A DNA stretch of 64,000 nucleotides from an uncultured Actinomycetes bacterium (GTDB taxonomy: Bacteria > Actinomycetota > Thermoleophilia > RBG-16-64-13), in contig CAWFJE010000010.1 of NCBI GenBank assembly GCA_963816155.1, forward strand, positions 302,486 to 366,485, written 5' to 3'. Below are positions 29,767-39,467 of the stretch, piece after piece (the stretch's first letter is position 1; each line of letters starts with the position of its first letter). A model generated the notes under the pieces. It worked only from the letters and a program-made list of their open reading frames with translations, searched no databases and was not told the origin of the DNA. Position numbers and translations under genes: made by a program.

Positions 29767-31416
29767 ATGCCTGTGACCGTCAGACAGATACTCCAACTGG
29801 ACGTGCTCCAGGATGCCAAGCTCCTCGCCGGTGAGGAGGGGCTGGATCGCCACATGGGATCCGTCACGGTGGGCGAGGTGCCCGACATCGCCGACTGGCT
29901 CTCGGGCGGTGAGATGGTGCTGTCCACCATGTTCGCCGTCAAGGGCGATGTCGGCCGCCAACTGGAGTTCTGTAGGCGAGTCATGTTGGCGGGGGCGGCG
30001 GCTCTTTTCGTCAAGACCACCCGCTTCTTGGAGAGCCTGCCCCCCGAGGTCATCGAACTGGCCGACAAACGGAAGTTCCCCATAGTCGAAGTGCCCCAAG
30101 GTCTTCGCTGGACCAAGCTCATGCAGGATGCCACTGAGGTGATCATCAACCAACAGGCTACGCAGTTGGAGAAGTCGCAGGAGATCCATCGGAACCTTCT
30201 CGGGGTGGTAATACGCGGCGGAGGCTGGCAAGAGTTGGCCGGGGAATCGTCGCGGTTACTGGAGGCGCCCGTGATCTTCCTGGACGTATCGCTGGAGGAA
30301 CTCTCCTCGGCGTCTCCCGGCGAGGGCACACTGAACCTCCAGGAATCCTTCCGCCGGCCCGACATCCGGGACAGGTTTCGGACACTGGGACGTAGTGGCC
30401 GCCTGTTTCACGTGCAAGAGCCCGACTTTGCCGGCATGTACGTCTTGCCCATAATCGCCGGCCACAGAACCCAAGGCTACATGTGCGCCCTCAGTGATCA
30501 TCCTGAACTCACGCGCATGGAGACGATGGTGCTCGAACACGCCGCCACGATCGCCACCCTGGAGATGGCGCAAGATAGGGTGCGATTCGAGACCGAGGTG
30601 CGGCTGAAGGGAGACTTCCTCGATGACCTCGTCAGCGGAGGCGGCGCGACACCAGCCTCCCTACTCAGGCGAGGTTCCTTTCTCGGTTGTGACCTCACGC
30701 AAGGAGCGACGGTCATCATCTTGGCCGTGGATGAGTTCGAGGGCTTCGTCTCCCGACATGGACTGGACCAAGAGGAGCTCGATCGGCGCGTGGAAAGGTT
30801 CTTCTCCCGCTGCTCCCGCTATGTGTCATCCGCCGAGGTGTCCTCGCTCGTGAGCCTCAAGTCGGGACACGTGGTGGTCTTCTTATGTGGCCGCAGCGCG
30901 CAGGAGTCGGCTACGGTGATTCGCATGACCAAAGTCCTCCAAGGCTTCGGTCAGACCGAGGCGGAGGTCAGTGTCTCTGCGGGGATCAGCGGCTTCATGG
31001 CCGACTCCTCCCAACTGGGCAGGGGCTATCAGGAGGCGCTGGTGGCTCTGAAAGTGAGCCGCAAACTCCACGGTCCAGGCACGTCCCTCCACTTCGGCGA
31101 CGTGGGCAGCTACCGCCTGCTGCTCGACATATGGGAGAGGGATCCCGAACAGGTCCGAGCGCTCTACGAGGAGTCCATCGGTCCCGTCGACCGCTACGAC
31201 GAGGCCAACGGCACGCATCTCACCCAGACGCTCATGACCTTTTTCGCCAACAACGAGAGCCTGACCAAGACGGCGTCTGAGCTCTATGCTCACCGCCACA
31301 CCGTCCGCTACCGGTTGGAGAAGATCGCCGAAGTCAGTGGACTGAGCGTATTCCAGACCGAGCACAAGGAGCGTCTGGGTCTGGGCCTCAAGGCCCGCAG
31401 CTTGTTCATCGACTGA
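29767..31416 (+). CDS. PucR/CdaR-family transcriptional regulator
   Basis: 549 aa with a C-terminal PucR-type HTH (...LTKTASELYAHRHTVRYRLEKIAEVSG...) and an N-terminal PucR-like region (LAGAAALFVK). Confidence 0.8.
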   Translation: MPVTVRQILQLDVLQDAKLLAGEEGLDRHMGSVTVGEVPDIADWLSGGEMVLSTMFAVKGDVGRQLEFCRRVMLAGAAALFVKTTRFLESLPPEVIELADKRKFPIVEVPQGLRWTKLMQDATEVIINQQATQLEKSQEIHRNLLGVVIRGGGWQELAGESSRLLEAPVIFLDVSLEELSSASPGEGTLNLQESFRRPDIRDRFRTLGRSGRLFHVQEPDFAGMYVLPIIAGHRTQGYMCALSDHPELTRMETMVLEHAATIATLEMAQDRVRFETEVRLKGDFLDDLVSGGGATPASLLRRGSFLGCDLTQGATVIILAVDEFEGFVSRHGLDQEELDRRVERFFSRCSRYVSSAEVSSLVSLKSGHVVVFLCGRSAQESATVIRMTKVLQGFGQTEAEVSVSAGISGFMADSSQLGRGYQEALVALKVSRKLHGPGTSLHFGDVGSYRLLLDIWERDPEQVRALYEESIGPVDRYDEANGTHLTQTLMTFFANNESLTKTASELYAHRHTVRYRLEKIAEVSGLSVFQTEHKERLGLGLKARSLFID

Positions 31417-31481
31417 TACCGTCTCCCCTCCTCCCCGCTTCCGCCGCCCGCTCTTCCTTGCGATTCCCGCAAAATGCGACC

Positions 31482-31503
31482 TTGTACTTATCCATATGTA
31501 CAA
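31482..31503. promoter_or_regulatory. palindrome TTGTAC-N10-GTACAA in an AT-rich stretch about 130 bp upstream of amt1; candidate operator
   Basis: Read directly from the sequence: cTTGTACttatccatatGTACAAtt. Confidence 0.4.
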
Positions 31504-31635
31504 TTCCGGTTGCCGCGCTTTCATACTGATGTAGGTGACGCCCTCCCTCATCCCAAGCCCTAATTGATTGGCATACCGTGGGCGGGTCGCCTTGCGGCGA
31601 TCGACCCGCACCGACCGCGCACAGGGAGTGTAAAC

Positions 31636-32874
31636 ATGGCAGGTATAGACACAGGAGATACGGCATGGATGCTTGTCAGCACGGCACTTGTCATGCTGAT
31701 GACTCCGGGACTGGCCTTCTTCTACGGAGGCTTGGTCAGGCGTAAGAACATACTCTCCATCATGATGCAGTGCTTCATGTTGATAGGCGTCATCAGCATC
31801 CAGTGGGTCCTGTTCGGCTACAGTCTGGCCTTCGGTCCCGACCACGCAGGATTGATAGGCGGACTGAGTTGGGCCGGGCTAAACGGCGTGGGGCTTGATC
31901 CCAACCCCGACTATGCCGCCACCATCCCCCACCAACTCTTCATGATCTTCCAGATGATGTTCGCCGTCATCACGCCGGCCCTCATCATCGGCGCCTTCGC
32001 CGAGCGGATGAAGTTCAGCGCCTTCCTGGTGTTCTCCTTCCTGTGGGCCACCATCGTCTACGATCCCATGGCCCACTGGGTATGGGGCGTGGGCGGCATC
32101 CTGCGCGAACTGGGCGCTCTCGACTTCGCAGGCGGCATCGTGGTGCACATCAGTGCCGGCATGGGCGCTCTGGCAGCGGCACTGTTTCTGGGAAAGAGAC
32201 GTGGGTATCCCGCCGATATGTCTCCCCCCCACAACCTCCCCTTCGCCATCCTGGGCGCGGCTCTGCTGTGGTTCGGCTGGTTCGGCTTCAACGCCGGTAG
32301 TGCTCTGGGCGCCAACGGCCTCAGCGTCTCCGCCTTCGTGGCCACGCACATGAGCGGGGCTGCAGCGGCGCTCGCCTGGGCCACGGTCGAGTGGGTGCGG
32401 GGCAAACGACCAACCGCGCTCGGCACCATTTCGGGGGCCATCGCCGGTTTGGCATGTATCACGCCCGCATCCGGCTTCGTCACACCCCTTGCGGCCATCG
32501 CCATCGGCCTCATAGCCGGCCTGGTGTGCTACGTGGCCGTGGTGGTCGTCAAAGCCAAGCTGGGCTACGACGACTCCCTCGACGCCTTCGGCGTGCATGG
32601 CATCGGGGGGGTGCTGGGCGTCCTGCTGGTTGGCGTCTTCGCCGCCCAAGCAGTCAACCCCGCCGGCGCCAACGGACTCATCCATGGAGAGGGACGCCAA
32701 CTCCTACTGCAGTTCATCGCCATCGCCGGCTGCACCGCCTATTCCTTCATACTCTCCTTCGGACTCCTCAAGCTCGTGGACAAGGTGGTCGGCCTGCGCG
32801 TCACCCCGCATCAGGAGAACATCGGTCTCGACCTGACGCAGCACAGCGAGTCCGCCTACACACTCGTGGGCTGA
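31636..32874 (+). CDS. amt: ammonium transporter, copy 1
   Basis: MAGIDTGDTAWMLVSTALVMLMTPGLAFFYGGLVRRKN... and ...GAFAERMKFSAF...DFAGG.VVHI.AG... are Amt/MEP signatures. The track ORF (31564) is over-extended at the 5-prime end. Confidence 0.95.
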   Translation: MAGIDTGDTAWMLVSTALVMLMTPGLAFFYGGLVRRKNILSIMMQCFMLIGVISIQWVLFGYSLAFGPDHAGLIGGLSWAGLNGVGLDPNPDYAATIPHQLFMIFQMMFAVITPALIIGAFAERMKFSAFLVFSFLWATIVYDPMAHWVWGVGGILRELGALDFAGGIVVHISAGMGALAAALFLGKRRGYPADMSPPHNLPFAILGAALLWFGWFGFNAGSALGANGLSVSAFVATHMSGAAAALAWATVEWVRGKRPTALGTISGAIAGLACITPASGFVTPLAAIAIGLIAGLVCYVAVVVVKAKLGYDDSLDAFGVHGIGGVLGVLLVGVFAAQAVNPAGANGLIHGEGRQLLLQFIAIAGCTAYSFILSFGLLKLVDKVVGLRVTPHQENIGLDLTQHSESAYTLVG

Positions 32875-33010
32875 CGATCCTACGAATGTACAAAATAGAC
32901 GTCCCGAGCTTGGATGTTGGGACATCGCCGCGAGCTTCCTTTGCGGGTGTAATAGTGCTGTCGCACGCGCCGTCGACAGGGGCCCAAGCCCCTCGGCAGT
33001 GCGACAGACA

Positions 33011-33538
33011 GCACCGACCGCGCACAGGGAGTGTAAACATGGCAGGTATAGACACAGGAGATACGGCATGGATGCTTGTCAGCACGGCACTTGTCATGCT
33101 GATGACTCCGGGACTGGCCTTCTTCTACGGAGGCTTGGTCAGGCGTAAGAACATACTCTCCATCATGATGCAGTGCTTCATGTTGATAGGCGTCATCAGC
33201 ATCCAGTGGGTCCTGTTCGGCTACAGTCTGGCCTTCGGTCCCGACCACGCAGGATTGATAGGCGGACTGAGTTGGGCCGGGCTAAACGGCGTGGGGCTTG
33301 ATCCCAACCCCGACTATGCCGCCACCATCCCCCACCAACTCTTCATGATCTTCCAGATGATGTTCGCCGTCATCACGCCGGCCCTCATCATCGGCGCCTT
33401 CGCCGAGCGGATGAAGTTCAGCGCCTTCCTGGTGTTCTCCTTCCTGTGGGCCACCATCGTCTACGATCCCATGGCCCACTGGGTATGGGGCGTGGGCGGC
33501 ATCCTGCGCGAACTGGGCGCTCTCGACTTCGCAGGCGG
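33011..33538. repeat. 528-bp tract 100% identical to 31608-32135 (5-prime UTR plus the first third of amt). Further identical blocks of about 110-130 bp alternate with diverged blocks through the gene
   Basis: Base-by-base comparison of the two amt loci in the window. Confidence 0.85.
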
Positions 33539-34274
33539 TACCGTGGTGCACATCAACGCCGGTATGGCCGCCCTCGCAGCCGCGCTCGTCATCGGCCGCC
33601 GCAAAGGCTATCCGGACACCTCTCCCCCCCACAACCTCCCCTTCGCCATCCTGGGCGCGGCTCTGCTGTGGTTCGGCTGGTTCGGCTTCAACGCCGGTAG
33701 TGCTCTGGGCGCCAACGGCCTCAGCGTCTCCGCCTTCGTGGCCACGCATCTGGGAGCAGCGGGTGCAGCCGTTGCCTGGGCCACCCTCGAGTGGATAACG
33801 CGCCGCCGGCCCACCGCGCTCGGTATCATCTCCGGCGCCGTGGCCGGCCTCGTCGCCATCACGCCCGCATCCGGCTTCGTCACACCCCTTGCGGCCATCG
33901 CCATCGGCCTCATAGCCGGCCTGGTGTGCTACGTGGCCGTGGTGGTCGTCAAAGCCAAGCTGAGCTACGACGACTCCCTCGACGCCTTCGGCGTGCACGG
34001 CATCGGCGGCATGGTGGGAGCGCTCCTCACAGGTCTCTGGGCTACAACGGTGATCAACCCGGCGGGCGCGGATGGCCTCTTTCACGGAAATCCTAAGCAA
34101 CTCCTGCTGCAGTTCATCGCCATCGCCGGCTGCGCCGCCTACTCCTTCATACTCTCCTTCGGGCTCCTCAAGCTCATCGACAAGGTAGTCGGCCTGCGCG
34201 TGACCACGGATCAGGAGAACATCGGTCTCGACCTGACGCAGCACAGCGAGTCCGCCTACACCATCGTCGCATAG
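33039..34274 (+). CDS. amt: ammonium transporter, copy 2 (tandem paralog)
   Basis: Same N-terminus as copy 1, with diverged middle and C-terminal blocks. The track ORF 32391..34274 is a spurious 5-prime over-extension. Confidence 0.95.
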   Translation: MAGIDTGDTAWMLVSTALVMLMTPGLAFFYGGLVRRKNILSIMMQCFMLIGVISIQWVLFGYSLAFGPDHAGLIGGLSWAGLNGVGLDPNPDYAATIPHQLFMIFQMMFAVITPALIIGAFAERMKFSAFLVFSFLWATIVYDPMAHWVWGVGGILRELGALDFAGGTVVHINAGMAALAAALVIGRRKGYPDTSPPHNLPFAILGAALLWFGWFGFNAGSALGANGLSVSAFVATHLGAAGAAVAWATLEWITRRRPTALGIISGAVAGLVAITPASGFVTPLAAIAIGLIAGLVCYVAVVVVKAKLSYDDSLDAFGVHGIGGMVGALLTGLWATTVINPAGADGLFHGNPKQLLLQFIAIAGCAAYSFILSFGLLKLIDKVVGLRVTTDQENIGLDLTQHSESAYTIVA

Positions 34275-34290
34275 CCGCGAGGAGACGAGA

Positions 34291-34632
34291 ATGAAATACA
34301 TCATCGCCATCATCCAGCCAGACCGTCTCGACGAAGTGATCGAAGCCCTCACCGACGCCGAGGTCAATCTCATGTCCGTGTCGGACATCATGGGGCGCGG
34401 ACGGCAGAAGGGCGTGGCTGAGGTCTACCGCAGCCACGTGGAGCGAGGAGGACTGCTGCGCAAGCTCAAGATCGAGATCGGAGTGAACGACGAGTTCGTC
34501 GACGCCGCCATGGCGGCCATCATCAGGGGCGCGAGGACCGGCAACATCGGCGACGGAAAGATCTTCGTCCTCGACCTCGACGATTGTGTGCGCATCCGCA
34601 CAGGCGAAACCGGTCCCGTCGCGATAGGATAG
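34291..34632 (+). CDS. glnK: P-II family protein directly downstream of amt (GlnK-type arrangement)
   Basis: MKYIIAIIQPDRLDEVIEALTDAEV...GRGRQKGVAEVYRSHVERGG...GDGKIFV...IRTGETG. GAGGAG ribosome-binding site. Confidence 0.9.
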   Translation: MKYIIAIIQPDRLDEVIEALTDAEVNLMSVSDIMGRGRQKGVAEVYRSHVERGGLLRKLKIEIGVNDEFVDAAMAAIIRGARTGNIGDGKIFVLDLDDCVRIRTGETGPVAIG

Positions 34633-34699
34633 CTACGTCAGTCAGCATCGGCGCGCGGAGTCGCATACTACTGAGACAGCAGGTCCGTCTCTGACCGCT

Positions 34700-34733
34700 G
34701 AGGCGGACCCGGCCGACCGGCCGGGTCCGCCTC
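34700..34733 (+). terminator. GC hairpin (15-bp stem GAGGCGGACCCGGCC-GACC-GGCCGGGTCCGCCTC) after glnK
   Basis: Perfect inverted repeat. No U-tract. Confidence 0.45.
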
Positions 34734-34763
34734 CCTCGCGGCGCTTCTGTGGGAGGTAAGGCC

Positions 34764-36095
34764 TTGAGCTCCGAACTCGGTCACGAACTGGAACTGTGGA
34801 CACTGGTACCTTTCGTACTGATGCTCCTGAGCATCGCCATACTTCCCCTGGTCGCCGGTCACTGGTTCCACAGCAACCGCAACAAGGCCATCATCTCAGC
34901 GGTCCTGGGTGTGCCCACGCTCATCTACCTGTTCGCCCAGTACGGGTCGCTGGGGATGGAGGTGGCCGCGGGAACCGCTGAGGAGTATGTGGCCTTCATC
35001 ATCCTGCTCCTGGCTCTCTTCACTATCTCAGGGGGTATCTACCTCACCGGTAACCTGGTCGCGACTCCCCGGGTCAACCTCACCTTTCTGGTCACCGGCG
35101 CAGTCTTGGCGAGCTTCGTGGGCACCATGGGTGCCTCCATGCTGCTCATCCGTCCCCTGCTCCGGGCGAACTCCGAGCGCAAACATGCGCGCCATACGGT
35201 TGTGTTCTTCATCTTCGCCGTCTCCAACATGGGTGGCATGCTGACGCCTCTCGGAGACCCCCCGCTCTTCCTGGGCTTCTTGCGCGGGGTTCCTTTCGCT
35301 TGGACACTCCAACTGTGGCCCCAGTGGCTTCTGGGAATCGGATTGGTCCTCCTCGTGTACGCCTTCGTCGAGGTCTTTCAGTACAGGCGCGAGCCCGCCC
35401 AGGCACGCCGTTGGGACGAGGCCGACTACGTCCCCATGCGCCTCAAAGGAGCTTTGAATATCGCCTTGTTCGCAGCAGTCATAGTGACTGTGGTTCTCTC
35501 GGGTCAACTCGGTGACATCGGGGAGGGCATCCACTTCCCCTTCGTACGCGAGGTCATACTCATAGTGTTGGTCGTCCTGTCGCTGAAGCTGGGGCCGCGA
35601 GGGCCCCGGGCGGCCAACCACTTCAGTTGGGCGCCAATGGTCGAGGTGGCCGTGCTCTTCGCCGGCATCTTCGCCACCATGATCCCCGCGCTGGCTCTTC
35701 TGGAGGCGAAGGGAGAGACGATTGGCATCACCGAGCCCTGGCAGTACTTCTGGCTCACCGGGGGACTATCATCGTTCCTCGACAACGCCCCCACGTACCT
35801 CGCTTTCACCTCCGTTGCCCAAGGCCAGGTGGGAGTCGCCACCATCGGGGGACTGACGTCCACGCAGCTCATTCCGGGACTCGGCCTCGCACCGGCCGAC
35901 TTCTTGGCGGCGATATCCGTGGGCGCTGTGATGATGGGCGCCAACACCTACATCGGGAACGCCCCCAATCTGACGGTCCGATGCATCGCGGAAGATTCCG
36001 GCCTGCGTATGCCCTCGTTCCTGGGCTACATGGCCTGGTCGATGGGAATCCTCATCCCGGTCTTCGCCATCGTCAGCTTGGTGTTCTTCCTCTAG
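34764..36095 (+). CDS. ArsB/NhaD-superfamily (CitMHS-like) ion/anion permease
   Basis: 444-aa polytopic membrane protein with an internal repeat architecture and a central hydrophilic loop. A TTG start sits 7 nt after GGGAGG. Family assignment is from overall pattern only. Confidence 0.5.
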   Translation: MSSELGHELELWTLVPFVLMLLSIAILPLVAGHWFHSNRNKAIISAVLGVPTLIYLFAQYGSLGMEVAAGTAEEYVAFIILLLALFTISGGIYLTGNLVATPRVNLTFLVTGAVLASFVGTMGASMLLIRPLLRANSERKHARHTVVFFIFAVSNMGGMLTPLGDPPLFLGFLRGVPFAWTLQLWPQWLLGIGLVLLVYAFVEVFQYRREPAQARRWDEADYVPMRLKGALNIALFAAVIVTVVLSGQLGDIGEGIHFPFVREVILIVLVVLSLKLGPRGPRAANHFSWAPMVEVAVLFAGIFATMIPALALLEAKGETIGITEPWQYFWLTGGLSSFLDNAPTYLAFTSVAQGQVGVATIGGLTSTQLIPGLGLAPADFLAAISVGAVMMGANTYIGNAPNLTVRCIAEDSGLRMPSFLGYMAWSMGILIPVFAIVSLVFFL

Positions 36096-36341
36096 ATGAG
36101 AATGCAGCAGCAGAACCCACGGGGCCCCGCGATGCCGGGGTAGTCCGGCCGGATGACGTGGTAACCTATCGAGGTTGCGTTGAAGCTTGGCGGTCAAGCC
36201 GCGGCGACCCCTTGTGGGGCGCATCGAAGCGGCTTCCCGTATGGTACCCACCGCTCGCCCGCATGGCGGCGGAGCCGGGGCTGCGTCCTGGTCGTCGGGA
36301 GACCGGGAACCGCCTTATTGCGGAGGGCTGTTCGAGAGATT

Positions 36342-39300
36342 ATGGCTACGCTTGGGATTGACATCGGCTGCATAAGCGTGAAGATCGCCCTTGTGGGCAC
36401 CACAGCAGAGCGGGACACCTTCACCGAGATAGCTGCATCTACCGATCTTTTTCAGGATCCGAACTGCGAGGGGCGGGTATCCCCCAGCCCTGGTTCGCCA
36501 CCTGTTCTGGCGACGAAGTACCGTCGCATCAAGGGTAGTCCGACGGAGACCGCTCGGGCGCTCCTTGAACAGGTCATCTCGGTCCTCCCTGAAGGGTTCG
36601 TGACCGCCGCGGGCGTCACGGGCACGGGTGGCCGCCTCGCCGGAGTCCTGTTGGACCTCCCCTATGAGAACGAGTTCAAAGCCATCGCCAGAGCCGTAGG
36701 CACGCTACATCCTGATATCAGCACCGTCTTCGAGATGGGCGGCGAGACCTCCAAATTCATCCGTTTGGAGACCGATGCGGCTTCCGGTCGCGTAGGCATC
36801 GCCGACTACGGCACCAACGGAGACTGCGCGGCTGGGACCGGCTCCTTCATGGACCAGCAGGCCAATCGCCTCCTCTACGACATCGAGGACGTGGGCGACA
36901 TCGTAGGGGGCGCGGGCAAGGCCGCCTCTATCGCGGGACGTTGCTCGGTCTTCGCGAAGTCGGACATGATCCACGCCCAGCAGAAGGGCTACCGGCCCCC
37001 TGAGGTCTTGAAAGGCCTCTGCAACGCGGTGGTGCGTAACTACCGCGGCACCATAACCAAGGGCAAAGACGTCAGCGGACGCGTGGCCTTCATCGGCGGG
37101 GTGGCGGCAAACCAAGGTGCCGTGGTCGCCCTGCGCGAGGCCTTCGAGATGGACGAAGAGAGCCTGGTCATCCCCGCCTACTACGCCTGGATGGGAGCCA
37201 TCGGCTCGGCCCTCACCGCGGCCGACGAGATGGCCGGCGTGGAGATGGTCACCATCAACGCCGACCGGCTGGCCCAGGGTCAGGCCGCGGAGTTCGAGAC
37301 CAGCGAAGCTCTGTCCATGGAGCGCGTGATCTTACTGCGTGACCGCGTGAAACCGTACGAGTTCCCGTCCGAGGGTAAGGTCGGGGTCTACATGGGCATC
37401 GACGTCGGCTCGGTCTCCACGAATCTCGTGCTCCTCGACGAAGCCGGTGAGGTGGTCAAAGAGATCTATGTCAAGACCGACGGCCGCCCCGTCGAAGTGG
37501 TCAACAAGGGTCTGGCGGACATCTGGAACGAGATGGGACCACGGCTGGACATCTTGGGCGTCGCCACCACCGGATCGGGCCGCGAACTCATCGGTGAACT
37601 TCTGGGCGCGGACACCGTCAACGACGAGATCACCGCGCACAAGACGGGAGCGACCTTCATCGGGCGCAAGCTCATCGACCGAGTCCCCGACACCATCTTT
37701 GAGATCGGTGGACAGGACTCCAAGTTCATCAGTCTGCAGGACGGTATCGTAGTCGACTTCGCCATGAACGAGGCCTGCGCCGCCGGCACGGGCTCCTTCC
37801 TCGAAGAGCAGGCGGAGAAGCTGGGCATCAGCATCATCGGGGAGTTCGCCGAACTGGCCCTGTCATCGCCGGCGCCCGTGCGCCTTGGCGAACGCTGCAC
37901 CGTCTTCATGGAGCGCGACGTCAACTCCTACCTGCAGCGAGGAGCGAACAAAGAGGCCCTGGTGGCCGGACTCGCCTACTCCATCGCCTACAACTACCTC
38001 AACCGTCTCGTGGGGCAGCGACACATCGGTGACACCATCTACTTCCAGGGTGGTACGGCCTACAACGACGCCGTGGCTGCGGCCTTCAGCATGATCTTGG
38101 GCAAAGATATCGTCGTACCTCCCCACAACGGCGTGGTGGGAGCCATAGGGGTGGCGCTTCTGGCTCGCGAGAAGATGTCGGCCACGGGTGCGCCCTCCCG
38201 GTTCCGGGGATGGGATATCGAACAGGTCGACTACAAAGTGCGCGAGTTCACCTGCAAGGGTTGCAGCAACGAGTGTGACATCCGCCAGTTCACCATCGGC
38301 GAGGAGAAGACCTACTGGGGCGACAAATGCTCCGACCGCTACCGCAAACGAGCCAAGGTCGACAAGGAGCCCGTCATTCGGGACCTTGTCGCTTTCAGGG
38401 ACGCCCTCTTCTGCTCCTACGTCACCGAGTCGGAGGACACCTCGCTCCTGCTGCGCAGCGGCGCGGACGCCCCCAGGGGCACCATGGGCATCCCACGGAC
38501 CATGTATACGTATGACCGCCTGCCTTTCTGGGCCACCTTCTTCAAGACCTGCGGGTTCGACATCGCGCTCTCACGTCAGACCGACAAGAACATCCGGAGC
38601 ATGGGCATCGAGCACACGGTGGCCGAGCCTTGCTTCCCCATCCGAGTGGCCCACGGCCACGTGGTCGAACTCCTGGAAGCGGGTGTGGACCATGTGTTCG
38701 TCCCCAACCAGTTGAACGAAGAGACCGATGACCCCGGCATCGAGTCCCACGCCTGCCCCTGGGGACAGACCCTCCCCCACGTGATGCGTTTGGCCCCGCG
38801 CTTCGAGGACCAGGGCTCTCGCTTCTTCACCCCCACCATCCATTTCCGGCGCGGACCTGAGTATGTACGCCGGACCCTGCAGGCCGACATGCGAAGGTTC
38901 GGAGTCCCCGGGCACTTGGTCGAACAGGCCCTCAAGGAAGCGTACGAGGCCCAGGCCGACTTCCGTGCCCGGTTGCTGAGCGCAGGAGCCGACGCTCTGT
39001 CGACCCTTGAAGAGCACGACGAACTCGGCATCGTCCTTGTCGGACGTCCGTACAACATCTACGACGCGGGCGTCAACATGGATATCCCCGCCAAGCTGCG
39101 CAATTACTACGGGGTGAACATCATCCCCCTGGAGTTCCTCCCCATCTGGGGCAGGGACACTCGGGAGGTCACCCCCAACATGTTCTGGAACTACGGGCGC
39201 AAGATCCTGCAGACGGCTCAGGTGGTGGCTGATCACCCCAAACTGCACATCATCTACATGACCAACTTCAAGTGCGGGCCGGACTCATATGTGAAGCACT

Positions 39301-39467
39301 TCATGGGTGCCGCCTCCTCCGAGCCCTTCCTTGTGCTCCAATTCGATGAGCACACCAATGACGCCGGTGCCATGACCCGTTGCGAGGCCTATCTCGACAG
39401 CAAGGGATTCCTGCGCTGGTGGGCCCGAGGAGACAAGGCGACGAGGGAAACGGTGAGGGAGACCTAG
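36342..39467 (+). CDS. large fusion protein: two BadF/BadG/BcrA/BcrD (HgdC-like) ATPase 'activase' domains plus a C-terminal Cys-rich dehydratase-component-like domain
   Basis: Two ASKHA ATPase starts (LGIDIGCISVKIALVG; MGIDVGSVSTNLVLLD). Each carries the HgdC cluster-helix motif CAAGTGSF and a second Cys (RCSVFAKSD / RCTVFMERD). The C-terminal region carries FTCKGCSNECD...KCSDRYRK. The true start is the ATG at 36342 (MATLGIDIG); the track start at 36180 is over-extended. Confidence 0.8.
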   Translation: MATLGIDIGCISVKIALVGTTAERDTFTEIAASTDLFQDPNCEGRVSPSPGSPPVLATKYRRIKGSPTETARALLEQVISVLPEGFVTAAGVTGTGGRLAGVLLDLPYENEFKAIARAVGTLHPDISTVFEMGGETSKFIRLETDAASGRVGIADYGTNGDCAAGTGSFMDQQANRLLYDIEDVGDIVGGAGKAASIAGRCSVFAKSDMIHAQQKGYRPPEVLKGLCNAVVRNYRGTITKGKDVSGRVAFIGGVAANQGAVVALREAFEMDEESLVIPAYYAWMGAIGSALTAADEMAGVEMVTINADRLAQGQAAEFETSEALSMERVILLRDRVKPYEFPSEGKVGVYMGIDVGSVSTNLVLLDEAGEVVKEIYVKTDGRPVEVVNKGLADIWNEMGPRLDILGVATTGSGRELIGELLGADTVNDEITAHKTGATFIGRKLIDRVPDTIFEIGGQDSKFISLQDGIVVDFAMNEACAAGTGSFLEEQAEKLGISIIGEFAELALSSPAPVRLGERCTVFMERDVNSYLQRGANKEALVAGLAYSIAYNYLNRLVGQRHIGDTIYFQGGTAYNDAVAAAFSMILGKDIVVPPHNGVVGAIGVALLAREKMSATGAPSRFRGWDIEQVDYKVREFTCKGCSNECDIRQFTIGEEKTYWGDKCSDRYRKRAKVDKEPVIRDLVAFRDALFCSYVTESEDTSLLLRSGADAPRGTMGIPRTMYTYDRLPFWATFFKTCGFDIALSRQTDKNIRSMGIEHTVAEPCFPIRVAHGHVVELLEAGVDHVFVPNQLNEETDDPGIESHACPWGQTLPHVMRLAPRFEDQGSRFFTPTIHFRRGPEYVRRTLQADMRRFGVPGHLVEQALKEAYEAQADFRARLLSAGADALSTLEEHDELGIVLVGRPYNIYDAGVNMDIPAKLRNYYGVNIIPLEFLPIWGRDTREVTPNMFWNYGRKILQTAQVVADHPKLHIIYMTNFKCGPDSYVKHFMGAASSEPFLVLQFDEHTNDAGAMTRCEAYLDSKGFLRWWARGDKATRETVRET

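Noticed and set aside
32391-34274. 627-aa ORF spanning the amt1 3-prime end, the intergenic region and amt2.
   Set aside because: Its N-terminal 215 aa are Arg/Gly-rich read-through. The real amt2 starts at ATG 33039, identical to amt1.
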